A stretch of 34,905 bases of DNA from an uncultured Gemmataceae bacterium (GTDB lineage: Bacteria; Planctomycetota; Planctomycetia; Gemmatales; Gemmataceae): the NCBI GenBank assembly GCA_963750165.1, contig CAVVPN010000002.1, positions 1 to 34,905 on the forward strand. The letters are read 5' to 3'. The notes under the pieces were generated by a model. The model did no database searches. It had not been told where the DNA came from and saw only the letters and a list, made by a program, of their open reading frames with translations. Positions 27,022 through 34,905 of the stretch are shown in pieces (the first letter of the stretch is position 1; each line of letters starts with the position of its first letter). The translations under genes and the position numbers were made by a program.

Positions 27022-29741
27022 TCAGTTCCCTTCCCAGGCGTCGCCATCCCCTGCGCTTGAAAACTCATTCTCAAAATTCTCAGAATTGCCGTCGTGGCGG
27101 CCGTTCGACGATTTTTGAGAATATTGGGGAGGGTTTTTCAACACGGCGGGATGGACTTCGTACCAGCAACTCGGGCGGCCGCGGCCGGACTGTTCTTTGC
27201 CGTGCTCGGGTCTGATGATGCCGTGTTTCTCGATCAGTTGCAGCACGGCGTCAAGGGCCTGGACGGTCCGGAGGGCCTCCGCGCCTTCGAGCGCCTGGTG
27301 TGCGTCGCGCTTGGTGAACCGCTTCAGTTGGCGCTCCATGATCCAGCGGACCACGCGCCGCGCCGCGGCCTGTGCCGGGTCGGCTTCGATGACGGCGTAC
27401 ACCTTGCGGGCGTGGGCCTTGAAGTAGGCTGTTAGGCGGTAGGCACGATCCATGCTCTCGCCGTCCACGTCCTGTACGTCCCGGTTGGCGCACACGCAGC
27501 GCAGGCAATGCACGATCAGGGCCAGCCGGCGCAGTAGCCGCGCAGCTTGGCCCACGGGCCTACCAGGTGCGCGGGGAAATCCTCGGCGTTCAGTTCGGCG
27601 GCATGGGCCTCGGTGAACAACTTCCATTTGCGCCTGCCGTCCTCGGTCAGGTTCAGAAAAAAAGGCCGCTGGCGCGTCTCCTCGTCCTCCCCGTCTTCCT
27701 TTTTCTTCTTCTCTTCCACCATCTCCCACGTGAGCATTTTTTGCACCACGTCTACCCAGGCTTGTTTTGCCGGTTCGGTCACGCCGAGCCACGTTTCCCC
27801 CCTGGAAGGCAACTCGTCCGGGTAGGCCAGCAGAAAACGGTCGAGAAACCCGTCATCGGGGGCCTGCCTGCCCTTTGCCCCGTCGCCCAGCAGTTGACGC
27901 AGCACCGACGGCTGCAGGCCGCCACAGATCGAGACGAACGGATCGCTGACGAACAGTGGCGCCCCGTCGCGGATGCGGTCGCTCTTGCGGTCGATCATGA
28001 TCGTCTCGCCGGCCCACAGGGCGAGGTAGACCTGGCGGTCCTGGCCCTTACCGTTCTTGTACTGGTTCATGCTCGTGACCAGGCTGACCAGTTCATCCCG
28101 GACCATGCACAGCCCCCGAGACGTGTCCTGCAGGGCAAGCCCCAGGCTCTCGGTGGTGATGTCGGCCACGATGCAGCGTCGCAGGACTGGCAGCGGCCCG
28201 CGGTCGTCCTCTTTCTTTTCCTTCCACTCCAACATCTCCTTCCGCCACGTATCCAGGTAGCGCCGCTGTGCCTCGTCGAAAGGGCGGCGGAGCATCTTCA
28301 GGGGCGCTGACTTGCAGGTGCCGGGGCGGCCGATGGGCGCGGCGTAAAGACACGGGGCCTGGGTGTGTCCTTGCGCGAGCGTCAGGTGGTAGGCGTTGCC
28401 GATGGCACCCCCGGCCATGGCCAGCATGGGCACACCGACGTAGTCCGGAGGGCAATTCATCGCCTGGGCGGTTTCCCGGACCAGCGCCTGCAACTTCGCT
28501 GGCAGCACGTCCACGGGGAACGGCGGCACGGTCGGCACCTCGCCGAGGGGGATCGGGTCGGGCCAGTCCGCGGCGCTGGCGGCGGAATCGGCCTCGCCGC
28601 CTGACGCCTCGGCCCGCGTCGATCCGGCTTCCGGGGGCGCGCCCTTCCTGCCGACGCCCGACAGGTCGCGCGGCTTCTTGATGCCGGCCTCCAGACCGCT
28701 GCGGATCGTCTTGCGGATCTCGCTTTCCTTGAGCCCAGCCTGCAGCGCCGCGCCGTACAGCGCGGCCTCGACGCTTTCCCTGGATAGGACCCCGGCCCCG
28801 ACCAGCGTGCCGAGGTTGAAGGCCGATTGGTTGAGCTGGTTGTTGCGGTTCTTGACGGGCGCGCCGCTCACCGCGGCCACCTCCTCGGCGAACGCCCTGG
28901 CGACGTACGCGCGGACGGCGTGGTCATCACTGCCGGCGGTGCCGTCCGGGGACGGCGGCCGTGGCGGTTCCGGCGCCGGGTTGGCTGCCAGCCATCGGCG
29001 CAGGGCCTCGGTGTTCGCCGCCGCCGCCGCCGGACACCACTTCGGGGATTCCCCCAGGCGCGACGGGCGATGATAGCGCGGCGCGGCGCCCGACCCCTTG
29101 CGGTTCGCCGTGCCGTAGAGTCGCCAGATGCGGCTCGGGTTGTGGACCGTGACGTCCACGTCGGCGCTCGCGATGCTGTGTTTACGGTCCAGCGCCTGCA
29201 GCACCTGGCGGACGAACTCCTTGTTCACGCCGCCGGCGTCGTTCGGCAGGCGGATCGGGTAGCAGGCGTGAGCGCCGTTGCCGCTGTCGGCGGTGACCGG
29301 GTTGACCAGGCCCGCAGCCTGCAGGTCGTGCTGGACGGCTTTCAACACCGGCGCGACCGACGCCCGTTCCTCCGCCGTGGCCATTTCGTTGGCGGCCCCC
29401 TCCGCCCTGGTCGGGTCCACGTCGATGGGTAGCCATAGCAGCTCGGCAATGTGGTCGTCGCTGGCTGACTGTGCTCTGCCCAGCACGGTGACGTCGATCG
29501 GGTTCAGCGTGAAGTAGACGTTGCAGCCCTCGCGGCCGAGCTTCACCGCGCCCATGACCGCGGCCGCGACGTCGCCGCCCTGGTACACCTTCGGCACGAC
29601 TTTGCCGTTGGGCCTGAACGCGCGGACCTCGAAGGCGCGGCCGTCAGGGTGGAAGGCCCGCAGCGTGGCCTCGATGTCCAGTCGGTTCGGTTCCAGGTGG
29701 CGCGGGTCGGTGCCGGTGCCGTTCGCCGAGGGGGTCGTCAT
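27022..29741 (-). CDS. Primase-helicase replicase (RepB'-like primase + DUF3987/YfjI P-loop; frameshift near 27529)
   Basis: IDVD, DSGNGAHA, NPSRIWRLYGT; RNNQLN; GRPGTCKS Walker A, DITTESL, RDEL, DGFLDRFL; one added base gives YCARLALIVH and a C-terminal wHTH. Confidence 0.87.
27067..27122. repeat. Iteron-like repeats in the 3' end of the replicase gene (candidate ori)
   Basis: ATTCTCAAAA (27067), ATTCTCAGAA (27076) and inverted TTTTGAGAAT (27113) in an AT-rich patch. Confidence 0.55.
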
Positions 29742-30076
29742 TCGCTACCCCCCCCCTTGCGCCGGCCCCCCGCCCCGGCACCGCCGCGCGCGGAGTTGGC
29801 GGCCGGTGCCGGGGCGCCGTCGGCCGGACAGGCGCAGGGCCTGCCGGCGGTCTTGCGGCGGACTTGGGCGGCGGCGATCCACCGTTTGATTTCGGCGCCG
29901 GTGATCAGGTAGTGGCCGCACACCCGCGAGGGCACCAGCCGGCCCTCGCGGACTTCGCGGCGGATGCTGTTGCGGGTCAGGAACGGCAGCGCCGCCAGCA
30001 ACTGAGGCAGCGTGTAGACGTCGTCATCGTGGACGGCGATCGGGCCGCCGCCGGGCGGTTGGGTTGAACGGCTCAA
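29738..30076 (-). CDS. Excisionase-like HTH_17 protein
   Basis: VYTLPQL..SIRREVREGRL..HYLITGAEIKRWI; GGAGGT RBS. Confidence 0.75.
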   Translation of the reverse strand: MSRSTQPPGGGPIAVHDDDVYTLPQLLAALPFLTRNSIRREVREGRLVPSRVCGHYLITGAEIKRWIAAAQVRRKTAGRPCACPADGAPAPAANSARGGAGAGGRRKGGGSE

Positions 30077-30088
30077 GTGACACCTCCG

Positions 30089-30298
30089 TTAAGCGACGAA
30101 GGTGCCGCGGAGGTGCTTGTACTCCTTGCGCCGGCGGTCGGCGGCGAGGGCCTGGCGGGCGCGCTGGAGGTCCGCCTCGGTCCACTCGTAGTGCCCCAGC
30201 CGGTTGCGGCCCGGTTCGGGGATCTTGCCACGCATGATCATTTGACAGACGGTGGCGGCGATGACGCCGAGGTCCGCGGCGATTTGACGGGTTGTCAT
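30089..30298 (-). CDS. MerR-like HTH protein
   Basis: MTTRQIAADLGV..GKIPEPGRN..YEWTEADL. Confidence 0.75.
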   Translation of the reverse strand: MTTRQIAADLGVIAATVCQMIMRGKIPEPGRNRLGHYEWTEADLQRARQALAADRRRKEYKHLRGTFVA

Positions 30299-30837
30299 CG
30301 GGGGGTTCCCTTCTCTCGCCGCGGGCCGTTGGCCGAGGAAGACGCGGCGCGTGTTATCGCTCTCCCAGACCGCCTGCGGCGACCAACGCCGCGGCCGTCT
30401 CGGGGCCTGCTGCAAGAGGCGTTCACCGTGGCCTTCTCGGGCCACGGACGTTGGAACGCGGCCGTGCGTGGTACTGATAACGGTTCGGCGAAGCGGCCTG
30501 GCAACGTGGCCGCACGCCATTCAGGGATGACAGATGGACAGACAGGAACTCACAGGAAGGTAGCGCGTCAACAACAATAACAGCAAACCGCGAGCGCGGC
30601 AACCTTAATTGTCATGGCCGCCGGCGCGGTGATGTTAAACTTTGCCGGTTTGATCCCAACCAGGTGCCAGGCGGTGTCAGCAAGTGCTTACCGCTTGGTT
30701 TCGGTGTTAGGTTCCACCCGCCTCTTATCCCGTTGCACTATTCGCGCGTGTTAGTTTCGGAGGCCGCGGCACGCTGGGCGTGGGAGAAAAAAGCGGCCGC
30801 CGGCAATGTGTGCACCGGCGGCCGCGGGCCGTGACGG

Positions 30838-31080
30838 TCAGGGCGCCTGCACTTCGGCCTGGTCGGCCAGCCGTTGCAGGTGGGCCTCCAGGTCGGAGCG
30901 CCGCCATCTGACACAGGAAGCGGATAAGCGCAGGGGCGTCGGCAACTGGCCCTCCTCCACCCAGCGCCACACCGTCCGCGCCCCCACCCCGAGCAGCTCG
31001 GCGACGCCATGCACGTCGAGCAGGGCGCCGGCCGCGGCCGGCTGGGATCCCCGGGCGCCCGGCCGCGCCGCGCGCAGGCC
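30838..31080 (-). CDS. AlpA-family regulator (start uncertain)
   Basis: LLDVHGVAELLGVGARTVWRWVEEGQLPTPLRLSASCVRWRRSDL. Confidence 0.8.
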   Translation of the reverse strand, partial: GLRAARPGARGSQPAAAGALLDVHGVAELLGVGARTVWRWVEEGQLPTPLRLSASCVRWRRSDLEAHLQRLADQAEVQAP

Positions 31081-31391
31081 CGCGCCTCCTGCACCCGGGA
31101 CACGCGCAGCGGCGGGGGCGGCGCGGGCTGGACGAACGGCATGGCGGGGCGGAGCTCCGCTTCCGGCTCGGCCGGGCGCACGGGTTCGTGCGGCGGCCAG
31201 ACGCGCGGGCAGCCGCACTCCAACCAGCGCAGCAACATCCACTTGACGTAGCACAGCCGTTTCGGGCTCGGCCTGACGACCATGCCGGCGGGCAGCATGC
31301 CGCACTTTCTTTGATTTCTCAGCGTTGTCACGCCGACGCCAACGTAGGTGGCGGCTTCTTCCTCACTCAGCACGGCGGGGACGATACTCAT
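31075..31391 (-). CDS. Second AlpA/Xis-like HTH protein (3' end uncertain, possibly fused to the next domain)
   Basis: AAGGAG RBS; LSEEEAATYVGVGVTTLRN..GMLP..LLRWLECGCP. Confidence 0.6.
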
Positions 31392-32061
31392 GGCTTGCTC
31401 CTTGCGCGGAGGCGGCGCAGCGCCTCCCGGGGGTTGAAGGGTTCGTCGTCGTTCTCGTCCTCGGGTTCGGTCAGCAGCACGCGCAGCGCCGCCAGGGCGC
31501 GGTCGCGCAACTGCTGGACGCGGGAGCGGCTGACGCCCAGGCGGTCGGCGGCCTGTTCCAGCGTCCGGCCTTCCAGGTACGTCGCACGCAGGACCGCGGC
31601 GTCCCGCGGCCGCAGCAGCGCCAGGCCGCGGGCCAGGTCCTCGCCGCCCAGCCAGCCGGGGCGGTCCTCGTCCTCGGGCGCCGCCACGTCGAGGCCGTCG
31701 CCGTCGTTGAGCTCGGACAGGCACGCCGACGGCCGCCGCTGCAGCGACCGAGACAACTCGCGCTGCAGCGTTCGGCGGACGGCGAAATAAGCCAGCGTGG
31801 AGAACGTGGCCACGGCTGGATCCCAGGCGCGGCGCAGCGCCACAGGGTCAGCAGGCCCGCCCGCTCCAGCTCGTCCAGGTCGGCGGGGCGGTCGCCCGGG
31901 CCGCGGCGGCGCAGCAGCCGGCCCATCAGGTGCAGCACCAGCGGACGCCACTGGCGGATCAGGCCGTCGATCTCCTCGGGGCTGCGCTCCACGGGGCGCT
32001 GGACGATGCCGAAGCGCCAGTAACGGCCGCGGCCCGGCGGGGTGTCGGTCGTCGTGGTCAA
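31388..32061 (-). CDS. Sigma-70 family RNA polymerase sigma factor (frameshift near 31831)
   Basis: Region 2: WRPLVLHL..DELERAGLLTLWRC..WDP..FSTLAYFAVR; region 4: TLEQAADRLGVSRSRVQQLRDRAL. Confidence 0.85.
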
Positions 32062-32747
32062 GGGACACCCCCTTCCAGGGCGCGGCGGCCCCGGTCGGTC
32101 AGGCGGTGGCCCTGCGGCGTCTGCAGCACCAGGCCGGCGCGCTCCAGGTCGCGGAGGCGGCGGCCGAAGGCGCCGGAGAGCGGCCGGCGCAGCCGGGCCG
32201 CGATCACCTTGCGCGGCAGCGGCCCCGCGGCCAGCAGGCGCAGTAACTCCAGGTCCTCAACGCCGGCGCCCGGCTGCTCGCCGGCGTCGGGCGGGGCAGC
32301 TGTAACGGGGGTGACAACTGATACGGGGGTATCAGTTGCCGGCGCCGCGGCGATCGCCGGCGCGCCCAGGGCGGCGCGGCCCAGCGCCGTCAGGCGGTAG
32401 CCGCCCGCGTCGTGGCCGTTGGCCACCAGGCCGCGCTCGAGCAGGCGGCGCAACTTGGCCCTGAACGCGGAGCGGTAGGCCGCGCCCAGCTTGCGGGCCA
32501 GCGCCTTGCCCAGCAGCGGGCCGTCCCGCAGCGCGGCCAGGATCGGCCGGGCGGACGGCGGGAAGTCGGGGGGGTCAACTGAGTAGGGGTACTCAGTTGC
32601 CGGCTGCGCACCGTGGCCGCGCAGGGCCTGGGCGACGGCCAGCAGCAAGTCGGCGAGCGCGGGGGTCAGCACGTCGAGGGGGGAGACTTCGGGGGCGGCC
32701 GCGGCGGGCGGCCGGTCGGGGGAATGGTTGAGATGCAGGGTCGTCAT
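32058..32747 (-). CDS. Tandem winged-helix DNA-binding protein
   Basis: Two similar units, LRDGPLLGKALARKL..LLERGLV..YRLTALG and LAAGPLPRKVIAARL..LERAGLV..HRLTDRG. Confidence 0.75.
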   Translation of the reverse strand: MTTLHLNHSPDRPPAAAAPEVSPLDVLTPALADLLLAVAQALRGHGAQPATEYPYSVDPPDFPPSARPILAALRDGPLLGKALARKLGAAYRSAFRAKLRRLLERGLVANGHDAGGYRLTALGRAALGAPAIAAAPATDTPVSVVTPVTAAPPDAGEQPGAGVEDLELLRLLAAGPLPRKVIAARLRRPLSGAFGRRLRDLERAGLVLQTPQGHRLTDRGRRALEGGVP

Positions 32748-32816
32748 GGGTGGTTCCTCCTTGTGGCGGGCCGCCGGCGCTGCAGGGCGAGGCGCCGGCG
32801 GCCCTTCCTGGTGGGT

Positions 32817-33101
32817 TCAGGCGACGGCCAGCGTCGCGGGCGTGTCATCCACCGGTACCGTGCCGGTCAGCTCGGCCGTCACGGGCAGGGGCACGGTCAA
32901 CGTCACCCGGGCGAAGCGCAGCCCGACGGGGCTGTCGTCGTCGCGGCCGACGTGCTCGTCATAGCTGGCCAGCGCGGCGGCCTGGTCCGGCCCGACGGCG
33001 CTGTCGCCGTTCTCGTCCACGACGATCCACACTTCGACGGTCGCGGTCGGCGCGGCCTTGACGGCGGGGCGTTCGGCGATGACACTGTTGCTCATGGACA
33101 T
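32817..33101 (-). CDS. Hypothetical protein, first gene of the leftward operon
   Basis: AAGGAG RBS; VEVWIVVDENGD. Confidence 0.65.
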   Translation of the reverse strand: MSMSNSVIAERPAVKAAPTATVEVWIVVDENGDSAVGPDQAAALASYDEHVGRDDDSPVGLRFARVTLTVPLPVTAELTGTVPVDDTPATLAVA

Positions 33102-33194
33102 CGACTCCTTGAAACGGGAACCGGGGTTCATCGGGGCCGGGCTGTTGACGCAGCGCCGGCCCTCTTTGTTTCCAGGCAGGGCTTGCACGCGCTT

Positions 33195-33325
33195 GCCTCT
33201 GCTGGTAGAATCATGCTACCAGAGTCATGCGGCAACGTCAAGAGGGCAACTAGCAGAATTCTGTAAGTGGCCGCACTGCTGGCAGATGTCGGCTAGTGGG
33301 ACCAGCGGAGGCGCTGGTATACTCT
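33195..33325. promoter_or_regulatory. Divergent promoter/operator switch region
   Basis: CTGGTAG-N7-CTACCAG inverted repeat (33202-33222) and related (C/T)AGCAG/CTG(C/G)T boxes between divergent transcription units. Confidence 0.5.
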
Positions 33326-33376
33326 GCAGCCGTGTTCCCGAACAAAGAGAGGTGCCGATTGACGCAAGGTGTGCTG

Positions 33377-33637
33377 ATGCCGATCAAGGACCGGGTGAAG
33401 GAGCTACGGACGGCTGCCGGGTTGACTCAACAGGCGCTGGCCACGGCCGCCGGGTTGAGCGTTTCTGCCGTCGTACAGATCGAGTCAGGGAAGATTCCTG
33501 ATCCGCGCGTGAGCACGCTGCGCGCACTGGCCAAGGCCCTTGGCGTGGGCCTGGACGAACTGGCCGGCGAAGAGGATGCGCCCCCGCCCGCCGACCAGGC
33601 CGGGCCGAAGAAGCCGCGCAGGAAGAAGGGCGAGTGA
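33377..33637 (+). CDS. XRE-family repressor
   Basis: VKELRTAAGLTQQALATAAGLSVSAVVQIESG..DPRVSTLRALAKAL. Confidence 0.92.
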   Translation: MPIKDRVKELRTAAGLTQQALATAAGLSVSAVVQIESGKIPDPRVSTLRALAKALGVGLDELAGEEDAPPPADQAGPKKPRRKKGE

Positions 33638-33738
33638 ACCCCGCCCCGCCCTACCCAAAACACCAGCGGCCGGCCGAACTCGCCAGGGAGCCGGCCGGCC
33701 GCTTCGTTCAACCCCTGGCAGTCTACCACGGAGTACCG

Positions 33739-34904
33739 ATGTCTGAGAAGCGCATTCGCGTCTGGACGCAGCGGTTCAAGGACCGCCCGCAGCTGATGCT
33801 ACAGTGGCTCGACCCCGACACCGGCCGGCGCAAGAGCAAGTCGGCGGGCACCGCCGACGAGGCCGAGGCCGAGCAGGCCCGCAGCGACCTCGAATACGAG
33901 CTGAACCACGGCAAGCACCAGGCGGCCAGCCGCATGACCTGGGAGGCGTTCCGCGACCTGTTCGAGGTGGAGTACCTGCCGGACAAGCGCCCCGGCACGC
34001 GCGACGTCTACCGCGCCACCCTCGACCGCTTCGAGCAGCTGTGCAACCCGCGCACCCTCCGCGGCGTGACGGAGCGCACCGTGTCGCTGTTCGCCGCCGG
34101 GCTGCGCAAGGAGCCGGGCGCGGGCACGCGGGCGGCGGGATGATGTCCAGCACGATCAAGGTCCGGCTGCAGTTCCTGCGCACGGCGCTGGGCTGGGCGG
34201 TCAAGCAGAAGATGCTGCCGGCGTCGCCGCGCTTCCCGTCCGTCAAGACGCCGCGGAAGAAGCCGCAGCCCGTCCCGGCCGAGTCCTTCGAGCGCGTTCT
34301 GGCCCGCGCCGACGACGCGCCGACGCGGGCGCTCCTGCTCTGCGGCTGGCTGGCCGGGCTGCGGCTGGCCGAGGCGTTCACCCTGGAGTGGAGCCCCAGT
34401 GGGGCGGCCCCACACCTCGACCTCGGCCGCGACCGGATCATCCTGCCGGCCGAGCTGGTCAAGGGCGTCGAGGACCAGTGGGTGCCCCTCGACCCCGCGC
34501 TGCGGGAGGCGCTGGAGGCGCTGCCGGGCGACCGGGACGGCCGGGTGTTCGGCTTCACCAGTTGCCACGGGCGGCCCCTGACCGCCGGCGGCTTCTCGCA
34601 GCGCGTGACCGAGTTGGCCCGCCGCGCCGGCGTCCGGCTGTCCTACAAGTCGCTGCGCCGCGGCTTCGGCTGCCGCTACGCCGGCAAGGTGCCCGCCCAG
34701 GTGCTGCAGAAGCTCATGCGGCACGCCAGCATCAAGACCACGCTGGACTACTACGCCAACGTCGATGACGCGGCCGAGGAGGCGGTGCTCGGGCCGAAAC
34801 GTAACAGGTCGCGTAACACCACGGGCGCCGGCGACCGCCAGACCGGGGACCAGAATGGCGCAACCCGTTACCGTAACGAAGGCACCGGCGCGGGCGGCCT
34901 TTGA
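33739..34904 (+). CDS. int: Tyrosine integrase (frameshift near 34117)
   Basis: N-terminal arm-binding region WLDPDTGRRKSKS; GLRLAEA (R), VKG (K), KSLRR, MRHASIKTTLDYY (H, Y). Confidence 0.92.
34801..34820 (+). repeat. Integrase arm-type site, right copy (inside the int 3' end)
   Basis: GTAACAGGTCGCGTAACACC, matches 19004-19023. Confidence 0.7.
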
Positions 34905-34905
34905 C

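Larger units (their letters stand above)
18887..34905. mobile_element. Element B: tyrosine-integrase PICI-like satellite inserted in the same capsid gene
   Basis: int+XRE divergent from an AlpA/Xis-primase-packaging operon; matching arm-type repeats near both ends; capsid similarity ends at ~18887; exact ends uncertain. Confidence 0.78.

Noticed and set aside
30300..30830. ncRNA or tRNA in the long intergenic gap
   Set aside because: No cloverleaf or recognisable RNA family; probably promoter/regulatory DNA, not resolvable by eye
1..34905. A single complete or decayed prophage
   Set aside because: Two integrases, two repressors, two replication modules and two non-homologous head proteases in opposite orientations, with distinct att signatures and no portal or TerL

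Overview
GC-rich bacterial DNA (gene content suggests Planctomycetota; inference only) made almost entirely of two unrelated phage-satellite-like integrative elements. Both appear to be inserted into the same HK97-fold major capsid protein (MCP) gene, of which only an internal ~267-codon fragment (18086-18886, minus strand) lies between them. Element A (~1-18086) carries a large serine integrase and is bounded by an 11-bp inverted repeat (5-15 / 18072-18082) that reconstructs a symmetric attP around the capsid's VDGQP Pro codon. It also encodes tandem replication-initiator-like wHTH proteins, a small resolvase, an HK97 prohead protease, a TerS-like HTH protein, a tail-fibre-like protein and a candidate defence cluster (TPR-Ser/Thr kinase, Schlafen/AlbA_2, HEPN-TM). 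Element B (~18887-34905) carries a tyrosine integrase with matching arm-type repeats near both ends, XRE/AlpA/MerR regulators, a sigma-70 factor, a primase-DUF3987 replicase, an S49 head protease, a P27 small terminase and a tape-measure-like protein. Neither element has a recognisable capsid, portal or large terminase gene, so both probably depend on the helper whose capsid gene they interrupt. At least eight genes carry single-base frameshifts, five of them at short G/C runs, most likely sequencing error. All protein calls are by motif recognition, not database search.
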